NCBI RefSeq assembly: GCF_001194135.2
Contig: NC_068988.1
Location: 92,261,539-92,325,538, forward strand
Length of the DNA stretch: 64,000 nt
Origin: Octopus bimaculoides
Lineage: Eukaryota
Direction: 5' to 3'
In this document: piece by piece, positions 24,889 to 35,212 of the stretch
Position numbering within the stretch: the stretch's first letter is position 1
Layout of the letters: the number at the start of each line of letters is the position of its first letter
Made by a program: the position numbers and the translations under genes
The notes under the pieces: generated by a model
Seen by the model: the letters and a program-made list of their open reading frames with translations, nothing else
Databases searched by the model: none
What the model was told of the DNA's origin: nothing

Positions 24889-26653
24889 TGATTTTTTATT
24901 ACCCACAAGGGGCCAACGAAGAGGGGACAATGCAAACATATATGGGAACATATAAAAATGAAAAAAAAAAAATAAATAAATAAATAAACGTATGATATAC
25001 ATGAATGATACAATGAAAATGATAATGAAAATGAGCTACTTGCCCCACCTCAAGCAGCCTCACTTGCTTCCTTTTATCTTTTAAATTCCGAGTCCTTTTA
25101 AATGTTTATACCATATTTCTCGGTCAGCTCCTTGTACTTTATATTGTCTGGTATCATCTTTAAATCACAATTCACCTTCCAACAATTATAACTCCTCTTG
25201 AATTTCAATATTTCATCTTTTTGGCTTTCAGACACCAGGACACATGAGTGCTATCCATCAATGTTTGTCCATCCTATGATCTGGACAAATCTTGCAGTCT
25301 TCCATTTTGTTATCTTATTGAGCAGTTCCTTGTCCACACCTTCAACCTTCATTCACACGAAACAATTTTCAGTGGGAGGGGGAGTTTGTTGATCCTTGTG
25401 TGTTTGTATTTCTTTTTTTCTCTTGCTTTATGTTGGAGAGGAATAGGTGGGTTTGGTGTCTGTGGGGGGAGGGTGGGTCAGAGAGGGTATGGGTGGGGTG
25501 GGTATGGTTTAGGGTTCTACTTCACTCTGTCCTTTCTTCCTTCAGCTACCATCCACTGTTCTTCGCTTCTCTTTTCTTCCTGTTGCACCTTTGGCTCCTT
25601 TCCAACTTCCTCCTGACTTCTCTGCTTCTGTAGAGGGCAGTGTGCTCTAATGTGACCTTTTTGGCTACATTTAAAGCAATGAGGGGTTCTACCCTCCACC
25701 CACACTCTCAACACTACATCTCCAATGGTCACCGTTTCCACCACATTTTCCAGTGTTTCTGCAGTGCTCTGTATGATCAGGTCCAATGTTTGGCTTTTCC
25801 ATACTGAATTTTCTATTTTCATGGCTTGGAGGACAGCTATTTCTTCTTTACTTCCAAGAAGAACAGTCGCCACAACCCAATCCACATCTATTTCTGGTGG
25901 GATTCCTTCCACCCCAATCCTGAAAGTCCTTCTTCCAAGATAAGTGGGTAGACGGACTTTACTGTGGTTACTGCGTGTTCTTTTGCTTTTCCTTCTGACT
26001 TGAAATGAACCACAATTGTTCCATATCTGCTTCCTCTGGCAAGATATGTTATGTCTTGCCAGATGGAGAACAAAGCCTTTTCTATTATTTCTGCCTCAAC
26101 ATTTTCAATTTTCCTTTCTTCCACTGAGTACACCTTATATATTACTGTTTTCTTATCCATTTCTTCCAATACTTTCTGTGGCAGTGACAACTTAATGTCA
26201 CCACCTATCCTACATGCTATTTTCTTGTATTTCTCCATGTTTGTCAGGTCCACCTCCTTTTTTGTGACTTCTGTCACTTTTGCAAAACTTTTCTTCCTTA
26301 AGCACTTGTCCATTCTATCAACTGCTCGTATGAGCTCCTCCTCTGAAGAGGACAATTCGGACCCACTAAAGTCCGAATAGAACATATTTCTTACTGTTGA
26401 CATTGCAGACCCTCCTCAAGGTGGAGAGAAAGCACAACCACAAAACTACTGCAAAGCAGCACAACACACTCCTCAACACAACACACTCCTCAACACAACA
26501 CACTCCTCAACACAACACACTCCCCAACACAACACACTCCTCAACACAACACACTCCTCAACACAACACACTCCTCAACACAACACACTCCTCAACACGA
26601 AACAATCCTCAACACAAAACAATCCTCAACACAAAACAATCCTCACAAAACAA
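24889..26653 (-). mobile_element. Short non-autonomous non-LTR-like retroelement, copy 2 (near full length): 17-bp tandem 5' UTR, Gag-like ORF1 with CCHC knuckle, C-rich spacer, small ORF2, 3' tail
   Basis: ORF1 runs 26403 to 25517 with one frameshift near 25940 and ends VWVEGRTPHCFKCSQKGHIRAHCP (CX2CX4HX4C). ORF2 remnant 25310-25074. 3' end ccccttgtgggtaataaaaaat. No RT or endonuclease. Flanked by copies of a 19-bp target sequence. Confidence 0.8.
26461..26646 (-). repeat. 17-bp tandem array (~11 units, CTCCTCAACACAACACA on +) in the 5' UTR of retroelement copy 2
   Basis: Period 17 read directly (ctcct at 26469, 26486 and onward). Units drift to ...aaacaatcctc at the right end. Confidence 0.9.
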
Positions 26654-27019
26654 AGTTGCAGTGACAAAAAGTACAAGGTAAAATTACTACCTTCTTTTAT
26701 AGTAAGTTGATACAAGTAGTTTATCCTGTCCCCCTCTGAATTTTAGATCATGCATTATTTATGGGATGACCCAATATAAGAGACATCCAAGCGCTATAAC
26801 AAATGTAAAGAATTCACTCTTGTGGTACAATATTTGTCGGATCTTTGCAATGCCTATTTTCAAAATAAATAAATTAATTGAATTGCATGGTTTTGATATC
26901 TGTACACATTATGTGGCATCTGAGGTGGAGAGTAACACATCCATTGGCTGAAGTTCTGTGAACTGACAGTGATGACTGAAACCGAGCCAGAATAAGAAAA
27001 AGAGGAATTGTACAAAGTG

Positions 27020-27740
27020 TGAAGAAAATTTGAAGGTGTCTCAAGCTTAAAGCGTAAAATTTGGTATAAGAAAACTTAACACTAATTCACTGCTATGAAA
27101 TATTAAAATAATATATGTTGATCAGAAAGGAAAGAAAGAAAAAATACAACATTTCTCTGAATGAAATATCATTAGATAAATTATCATTTCAAATGAAACC
27201 TTTTTCAAAAAAATTTGTTCTGAAATTATGTTTGTCTTATTTGCTTTGTGGGTGTGTATTTTTTTCTTTTATACCTTTCTAATAGATATCACAAAGCAAC
27301 TGTATCTATAGGAAGCCATCCATTAAAACCTCATATTGATTCTGTAGCATTGACTAGCAACATTGCCTTGCAGTCTTCTATAGCAAGTTGTTGAGTGAGA
27401 TTTTAATTTAAGAAAAATTCATGTTTAATGAACAATAGTAGATGAGCAGAAATGACCCGTTGGAAGTATCAGTGGGGCTGAAAAAGTAATTCATTTATGG
27501 CATTATTTTCCTTAATTTCAGTGAACAGCAAGCGAGTGAAATATGAATATTATACAGACTATATAGTATAAACTGCTTTGGTAAAAATAGACACAGTCGT
27601 TGGAGAAAGAAGGAACAGTCATGGTTTGGTAATAATATATGAAAGCAACAAAACTATTCAGACATGCATCTCTCTTAAACTTTTTAGTGCTGTAGACGAG
27701 GAAGGAAATATAGACGTATTTAGCACTGTTATCTTAATTC
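27020..27740 (+). repeat. Diverged duplicated block, copy 1 (copy 2 at ~43395-44366)
   Basis: Colinear direct matches such as ttaacact.attcactgct.tgaaata.taaaataata, ctaatagatatcacaaa, gcattgactagcaa, aaaaagtaattcat.tatggcatta and tattcagacatg.atct. Confidence 0.85.
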
Positions 27741-27953
27741 ATAACTGTTTGTTTTTGTTACACTGTTTATTTTGTTAATCTTCAGAAATTATTGTTTTAC
27801 TTGGTGTAAAGCTATGCAATACATCAAAGATTATTTGTTTAAAAAAAATCTTTTGGTTAACATTTTGTGCCAATGTGACCCTATAATACATCATTCTAAA
27901 CCATCCTCCACCATTATAAAGCTGCTCAGAATGTTCCCAGAACTAAGATTTGG

Positions 27954-27956
<3 letters not shown>

Positions 27957-27997
<41 letters not shown>

Positions 27998-28088
27998 NNN
28001 NNNNNNNATATATATATATATATATGTATATGTGTGTGTGTGTGTGTGTGTGTATGTGTTTGTGTGTATATATATGTGTGTGTGTGTG

Positions 28089-28164
<76 letters not shown>

Positions 28165-28210
28165 GGGAACGACCGTACTACATATATTATATATATATAT
28201 ATATATATAT
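27957..28210. repeat. (TA)n/(TG)n compound microsatellite containing a 10-N gap (27998-28007)
   Basis: Direct reading. Confidence 0.95.
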
Positions 28211-28211
28211 A

Positions 28212-28245
28212 CTAGCAGAGATACTCGGTCTTGTTCGGGATTAAA
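28212..28245 (-). mobile_element. Possible Helitron 3'-terminus relic
   Basis: The minus strand ends with a degenerate GC hairpin, then ...tctgCTAG followed by T, next to a TA microsatellite. Confidence 0.3.
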
Positions 28246-28512
28246 ATGACATAGATTTTTTTATTGCTTTACTTGTTTCAGTGATGTGACTGCAGCCATG
28301 CTGGGGCACCGCCGTTGATCAAACAAATCCACCACAAGATTTATTTGTTGTAAACCTAGTACTTATTCTACCAGTGGCTTTTGCCGAACCGCTAAGTTAT
28401 GAGAACATAAACACAGCAACATCAGTTGTCAAGCATTGGTAGGGGTAACAAACACAGACACAAATACACACACATAAATATATATATATATATATATATA
28501 TANNNNNNNNNN

Positions 28513-28544
<32 letters not shown>

Positions 28545-28624
28545 CAGGCTTCTTTCAGTTTCCATCAAACAAATCCACTGACATAGCTTTGGTTGGCCAA
28601 AGGCTATAGTAGAAGACTTGTTAT

Positions 28625-28910
28625 TTCACTTATTGTTGATGTTGCATGATCCTAGAGACTGTCGATGTCTTGTTTTTTGGGATTTGTAATGTTGAAGTTC
28701 TTGCTGCTTTTTCTTATCAGAAAGACAGTTTACATTCAAGCATGCAAAAGTCTTCGATTTCCGAGCAAAAGATCGAAGATGGGATGGTGGGGAGCAGATC
28801 ATGTTGTAATCTGTCCAACATTCAGCACCACGAATTGCTCTGGTGTACTGAACAGTGATGACTAGTCGATGCTCTGAATAAAGCGTGAGTAATCGAAGGC
28901 CATTTGAATT
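28625..28910 (-). mobile_element. RTE-type AP-endonuclease remnant
   Basis: NGLRLLTLYSEHRLVIT and TRAIRGAECWTDYNMI resemble the C-terminus of RTE APE domains. Confidence 0.65.
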
Positions 28911-29220
28911 TTGACTGCGGCACCGCTTTGAAGAATTTTTAGTTGAATGAATCGACCCCACTACTTATTTCATTTTTCAAAACCTGGTACTTACTCTCTC
29001 ATCTCTTTTGCCGAACCATATATATATTACAAAAACTGTTACTCAGAGTTTCATGTTCCCGTTCGTCGGACAGTTTTGGTTGTCCGATGAACAGGAATGT
29101 GAAACTTTGAGTAACAGTTTTTGTGATATCTTTGCAGCTTTTTTAATAAAGCATATTACTCTACCTCTAGTATTTGAGTACTATTTTTTTCACCTTGCTT
29201 CATATTTATGTGCTTACTTT

Positions 29221-29269
<49 letters not shown>

Positions 29270-29476
29270 TAGGCTTCTCTGAGTTTCTGTCTACCAAATC
29301 TATTCAACCCGAAGCTATAGTAGAAGACATTTGCCCACAATGCCATGCAGTGGGACTGAACACAGAACCATGTGATTGGGAAGCAAACTTCTTACCACAT
29401 AGTCATGTCTGTGCCTCTGTTAAATATTTTCCAATATCTCATTTTATACTTTTCGTCTGTCTTAAATTTCACTACA

Positions 29477-29638
29477 GGCGCAGCTGTGGCTGTGTGGTAA
29501 GAAGATCGCTTCAGCGCTACATGATTCCGGGTTCAGTCCCACTATGTGGCATGTTGGGCAAGTGTCTTCTACTATAGCTTTGACCTGACCGAAGCCTTGT
29601 GAGTGGATTTGGTAGGCAGAAACTGTAAGAAGCACAAC

Positions 29639-29672
<34 letters not shown>

Positions 29673-29870
29673 TGTATGTCTTCTACCATCGTTTGACAAC
29701 TGGTGTTGGTGTGTTTACGTCCCCATAATTTAGTGGTTCAGTATAGAGACTGATAGAATAAATACCAGGCTTTACATAAAATAACAAGTAAAGGTCGATA
29801 AATTTGACTAAAAAATTCTTCAAAGCGGTGCCACAGCATGGCCGCTGTCTAGTAACTGAAACAAGTAAAA
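29477..29870 (+). mobile_element. tRNA-derived SINE family A, near full length (other copies ~287-612 -, 7527-7880 -, 28265-28620 -, 28915-29415 -, 32790-33090, 51055-51240 +, 52495-52880 -, 61435-61803 -)
   Basis: Head ggcgcagctgtggctgtgtggtaagaag..gttcagtcccact, core ttgggcaagtgtcttctactatagc, internal TA/TG microsatellite, tail actgaaacaagtaaaa. Recurs many times. Confidence 0.9.
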
Positions 29871-30335
29871 AATAAAATATAAAAGATGTATGTATACACA
29901 CACACATTTGTTAGAATTTCGTGATGTAAATATTTAAATGCAGCTCCAAATGAACGAGAAGATGCTCTGGAAGATCATGTACGGAGAGCTATGATAGAAA
30001 TGAATTTTACTTACTGGGGGTACGTAACGGTCTGTGAGGTTGAAGTTAGAAAGAAAAAGGCTTGGATGCTGTAATCCCCCAATGCTATTTCCTAGGCTGA
30101 AAAATAGGGGAAATACTTCTCCCTATTTCCATCATTGATGGAGCATGGGAAGGTAAGAATTAATGAAAAGAAACTTTGAGAGAGAGAGATGATAACTGTA
30201 GAGCCAAACAGATGTCAGAGGGTAAAGGAAAAGAGAGAGAAGATGGAAAGTGTGTGATTCTACATCGGAAAGGGAGAGCGAAAGAAAGAAAGAAAAGAGA
30301 GAGAGAGAGAGAGACGTTGAGTTATGTTTTTAATT

Positions 30336-30730
30336 TCAAATGAATATGAAAAGAAAAATGCGTGCAAAGCAACAGATGGAGGAGAGGACTTTCGGAAAAT
30401 TTAAAGATCCGAGTTTTTCCCTCATAACTTTTAGGAAAATGTGTATTTTTTCTAATGAAATTTTATGTAAATATGTTTCATACGGCATAGATTATGATTA
30501 TAAAGAAATTTGTGGGAAAAATCTTTTCTGAGGGGGTGGGGAAAGGACTTTCGGAAAATTCACAATGTCTGATTTTTTTCCACCATAACTTTGAGGAAAA
30601 TGGATATCTTTCAATGAAATTTTATAAAGATACCTTTCAAACAGCATACATTACGGTTATAAAGAATTTGTAGGGAAAAGCTTTTCCGATGGGGTGGGGA
30701 GAAGACCCGAGCGGTCGGGTTCATTTTTAG
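30336..30730 (+). mobile_element. Non-autonomous Helitron-like element with two 159-bp tandem units
   Basis: ggactttcggaaaatt at 30386 and 30545. 3' hairpin acccga-gcgg-tcgggt (30705-30720) lies 10 nt before a TTAG|T end. Confidence 0.55.
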
Positions 30731-31039
30731 TATTCTCGTTTGTGAGAGCAGTCAAGTTTATTTCAGATATTCTCATTTTAAAAATCATCTCTGGTTAATC
30801 ATTGGTGTTGCAGAGTAGCAGCTTGTGCCAACGTACCATTAAGGAGTTAATAGTGAATGACATCAAGAACTGGTATACATTCTTCCGTGTCATCAGGAAT
30901 ATAAATATAGTCTTGCGGCCTCCAAAAGAAACTTATGAAGTCACTGGGTTGGCGGTGAGATGGCCCGTATGAAAACTAACTGAGTGACATATTGTTTCAA
31001 GTAGTCAGGTCACATTCCGGATTGAACAATACACTTTTT

Positions 31040-31660
31040 CAGGCTTCGGATCTTGTGAATTTTCTGAAAGTCCTTTCCTCACACCTTCGGAAAAGATTTC
31101 CCCCACACATTTCTTTATAATGGCAATGTATGCCATTTGAAAGGTATCTATATAAAATTTCACTAAAAAAACCCCAAATTTCTTGTGAATTGTGAATTTT
31201 CCAAAATTACTCTGCCCCCACCCCATTGCTTTACACGCATTTTTGTTTTCATATTCGTTTCATACACATTTTTTTTATACCCGTTGCACTATATTTCTTT
31301 GCTGTTGTTTTTGTTTCCGGGTAATATTGTAAACATTAACCCTAGTTTTAGCTTGGCCATTAATGTAATAAAATGCTTTTGTGTTGTTCGTTAGATTATT
31401 ATGCATTTCTCCGGATATAATTTACTAATTCAATGTGAGTTTTGTGGCCAAATATTTTAAAAGAAAAGAAAAATTGTGTGTGCGCAAGTGTATTTATGTA
31501 AGGGAGAACATCGCAGCAAGGACTTGGATTTTACAAAGTATTGTTTTGTTTTTGTTTCTTTTATTGAGAAAAATGTTTTGGGTCATTTTTTTTCCATTTG
31601 CAAATCTTCATATTATTATGGCCGTGATTCGAAAGTAAATACAAATAGAAACTAGAAAAT
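31040..31660 (-). mobile_element. Inverted second copy of the same 159-bp-unit element
   Basis: The reverse complement of 31056-31260 matches 30336-30560 (gaatatgaaaa..aaaaatgcgt..aaagcaa; ttataaagaaat..tgggggaaatcttttccga..ggactttc). The extension to ~31660 is approximate. Confidence 0.6.
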
Positions 31661-31781
31661 CAATAATTACAGCTTAGTGCCCACAACAGTCTGAACTTTA
31701 TTTCCTCATAACTTTTTAAATAATGCATCTCTCTCTCTCTCTCTCTCTCTCTTGAATATATGAAGAAGTGATACCAATGTA

Positions 31782-32451
31782 TCAGGTCATCCCATAAGTT
31801 CTGTCTGATTTTACCTTTTTTTAAAATTGAATGAAATTTAATAGTATTTTAGAATGTCTAATGGAATTAGCTCAACCACAACCGAGAAGGGAACTTCACG
31901 GAAAAAAGGTTCTTCTCTCTATCTGGTGGGATTGCAAAGGAGTAATTCACTTAGAATTGTTACCGCCTAATGCAACAATCAATGCTCAAGTGTACTGTCA
32001 GCAATTAGAGCGTTTGAACCAAGTTTTGAAGAAAAAAAGACCTGCTTTAGTGTATCGGGAAAGGAGTGATGTTTCATCAGGACAATGTGCAACCCCATAC
32101 TGCAAAGATCACATAACAGAAGATTGAAGAGCTTGGTTGGGAAAAAATTCCTCATCCACCTTATTCTCCTGACCTTGCTCCTTCAGACTACCATTTGTTT
32201 TGTAGTTTACAGAATCATTTGGGGGACATAATTTTGCAAGCCAGGAGGAGGTCGAAACTGACATTTCAGAGTTCTTCACTTTGAAACCAAAAGAGTTTTA
32301 CATTCATGGGATTAAAAAGCTTCTAAATAGATGGAAGGAAGTCATAGATAATCAGGGAAAGTACATTGATGATTAAATTTCAATTAAATATAACATTTGA
32401 TCACTTGTTTTCTTTATTCAAAATTCGGACAGAACTTATGGGATGACCTGA
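31782..32451 (+). mobile_element. Mariner transposon, internally deleted (C-terminal DD34D half retained)
   Basis: Near-perfect ~30-bp TIRs (tcaggtcatcccataagttctgtc...) with TA on both sides. Translates to KKVLLSIWWDCKGVIH, HQDNVQPH and PYSPDLAPSDYHLF. Confidence 0.95.
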
Positions 32452-33313
32452 TAGAAATTTACAAGAAACAAGGCACAGCTTGCTTCCTAATCATGTAGTT
32501 TTGGGTTCAATCCCACTGCGCAGCACCCTGGACAAGTGTCTGCAACTATAATCCGGGGCTTATATTAAACCTTTTTGAGTGAATTTAGTAGGCAGAAACT
32601 GAGAGAACCTTGGTGTTTCCACTTCGAGGAATTTCGTTTCAGGGTTTTTGTAAAAAAATTTTTTTACCACCATGCTGACCATAACTGTTTTCTTAACTCC
32701 ATTAGCAAAAGGGTTATATACCTCCAGCCAGCAGGTTTGATGAGTTGTCTATATTGCCAAGAGCAATAATAGACGTGAAACCAATGGTAGCTTTCTAACC
32801 GGCTATTGCCATTGTGCATGTATGTGTGTTCGCCACCGCTTGATAACCAGCGTTAGCTTGCTTACATCAACGTAACTTAGCGGCTCGGTAAAAGAGACTG
32901 ATAGAACAAGTCCCAGGCTCTTAATAAATAAATACTGGGGTTGATTTGTTCGATTAGAGGCAACTATAAGAAATCCAAAAGCTTTTATCGAAATTTTACT
33001 AACAAAAAAAAAAAATAAAATAACACATACAACAACTATGAGCAGATTATTGTTCCAATTTATGCATGGTTCTGGGTTCAATCCCCTTGCGTTAAATCGA
33101 CAGAATCGCTACATCGGTATTGTTTTTTTTTTTTCTAGTTCTTTACGTTCTGAGTTCAATTCCTAGCGAGATCAATTTTATCAGTCATCCTTCCAAAAAT
33201 TGTTGAACATACTTTCAGTTTTAATATACTTGCTCCGAAAGATCGCCGGAAATAGCAAATCACTAAATTTCCCAAACAAACAAAATAATGCTTCAAAAGA
33301 CATAATTAATCAT

Positions 33314-33568
33314 GGTACTACTAAAGCAGCGCGAACCCGAACGCGCAGTCGCGCGTCCGCGCTAGCTAGTCGTGAGTGGTCGATCCTAATCCTAACCCTA
33401 AACACGTATTCATTTGCACACGCGGGTTAGGGATAGGGTTAGGGTTAGGGTTAGGGATAGAGATAGGGTTAGGGACAGAGTTAGGGTTAGGGTTAGGATC
33501 GACCACTCAAGACTAGCTAGCGCGGACGCGCGACTGCGCGTTCGGGTCCGCGCTGCTTTAGTAATACC
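33314..33568. mobile_element. MITE with 88-bp GC-rich TIRs, 9-bp TSD (Mutator-like) and telomeric TTAGGG repeats
   Basis: TIRs 33314-33401 and 33481-33568 with 4 mismatches. TSD attaatcat at 33305-33313 and 33569-33577. (TTAGGG)-type array 33424-33497. Confidence 0.9.
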
Positions 33569-34497
33569 ATTAATCATATCCTAGGTAATTGCATTATATA
33601 GGTGTTATGCAATACAGAATGTTGGGGGGGGGTGGGACTTCAAAAAGAGTTTCGGGCAGTACACGGTATATCAAATACTTTTTTGAGTCACAACCATTAT
33701 TTCCTTGTTTACGTTGCCTATACAAAAAACAATCTGGCTGAGGCATTACTATATTGAGTCAAACATCACTATATCACGTAATTTTATAATTTATACAAAT
33801 ATATATTTTATTGTTTGAAGATATTGAATAAATATAGATATTTGGAACATTGTTTGCTTAGAAAAGTTAATGACTTTCGTTTTTCGTAAATTAGTAATAT
33901 TCTCTCATTCTGGTTCACGCGTTTTCTTTTGAGTTTACAGCTATAGTAGGAAGGATCGCCTTTATTCTTTTATCTTCTCATTGTTCAAAATGTTTTGTAT
34001 TCTTGTTTCAAAACTATATTTTGTATTCGGTTATTCTGGTTTAAAAACTATATTTCCTATTAATTTGGTCATTCTGGTTTCAAAAAAATTCATATTCTGA
34101 AAATACAACATGACAGAATCAATAATTACGTTAGTTGTTTCCAAGCATTTACCCTCTTAGGATCTTTTAAATTAGCCGTGATTTTTGGCTTATTTTATTA
34201 ATATGTAAATAATTTCTGAGTGTATCAAATATATGAATATATTTATCAAAGCAAATGTATGAACCCACTATTTTACATTTCCGAGATCCAACGGGACGAA
34301 CGTAGCACTGGAGGTCAAAGTAAATGGAAAACTACCCTATTATACATAATTATAACTACTGGATCTTCGTTTTTCAAAGTTAATCCGTTGATATCTTGTT
34401 AAACTGTATGAAATTTTACAGCGTATGGCCCTACTTTGTACTTGCTATTTAATTAAATATTTTAATCAAAGGATGTTTTCATCTAAATGTCTGCAGC

Positions 34498-34848
34498 GCT
34501 TGTTGTTGGCACTCCGTCGAGGGTTCCAGTTGATCCGATCAACGGAACAGCCTGCTCGTGAAATTAACGTGCAAGTGGCTGAGCACTCCACAGACACGTG
34601 TACCCTTAATGTAGTTCTCGGGGATATTCAGTGTGACACAGTGTGACAAGGCCGACCCTTTGAAATACAGGCACAACAGAAACAGGAAGTAAGAGTGAGA
34701 GAAAGTTATGGTGAAAGAGTACAGCAGGGTTCGCCACCATCCCATGCCGGAGCCTCGTGAAGCTTTAGGTGTTTTCGCTCAATAAACACTCACAACGCCC
34801 GGTCTGGGAATCGAAACCGCGATCCTATGACCGCGAGTCCGCTGCCCT
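34498..34848 (-). mobile_element. tRNA-derived SINE family C with 12-bp TSD, ~365 bp upstream of the carbonic anhydrase ATG
   Basis: aatgtctgcagc at 34486-34497 and 34849-34860. Homologous to 59908-60210 (+) and the head at ~56982-57190. Confidence 0.9.
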
Positions 34849-35212
34849 AATGTCTGCAGCATACAAACGATAAATCAAACTCAACAGTAAACTCTATTTC
34901 AATATTTTTTTGGCCAGAGAGTAAAATCAGGAATTCGTCAGCGTCTTTACAGTTATTGGTGAGATCAAAATACTGATTTTTCCGACTACTCCGATCGATA
35001 AATTTGTACTAATACCCCACCATTGTTTACGGTCTACAAGTTTGTTTGATTATTTCATGCATGGCGTTCAGTAACGCGTTCACATTTTGGGGGGTTTTTT
35101 CTGGAAGAAATTGAGAGTTTTTCTCTTTCACTGTCCATAAAAATAATAACTGAAAGTTAGTGTTAACTTGTTTCATATATATATATATATCAGTTTACAC
35201 ATAAATAGATAC

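Larger units (their letters stand above)
23006..26774 (-). mobile_element. Mariner transposon (degraded, internally deleted), interrupted in its 5' UTR by two retroelement insertions
   Basis: TIRs ttaggtcatcctataaacagtgca (23006) and tgcattatttatgggatgacccaa (ends 26774, followed by TA) match at about 20/24. Transposase remnant ~23884 to 23083: KGHIRHILLYEFNKGN, LHPCKVLLSVWWDTKGLVHF, C-terminal EGVYILD*. Confidence 0.9.

Noticed and set aside
26461-26646. CRISPR-like array
   Set aside because: The units are contiguous with no unique spacers, the genome is eukaryotic, and there are no cas genes.
26397-26681. ORF with 17-aa periodic His/Thr/Gln repeats
   Set aside because: Antisense read-through of the 17-bp array (3 units = 51 nt).
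27772-28244. YI/CV-repeat ORFs
   Set aside because: (TA)n/(TG)n microsatellite spanning an N gap.
29008-29577. 189-aa ORF
   Set aside because: It crosses a TA microsatellite and two oppositely oriented SINE A copies; chance read-through.
20990-33500. Chromosome-fusion or true telomere scars at the TTAGGG arrays
   Set aside because: Both arrays are short, degenerate and enclosed by TIRs (one with a TSD), so they are transposon-internal.
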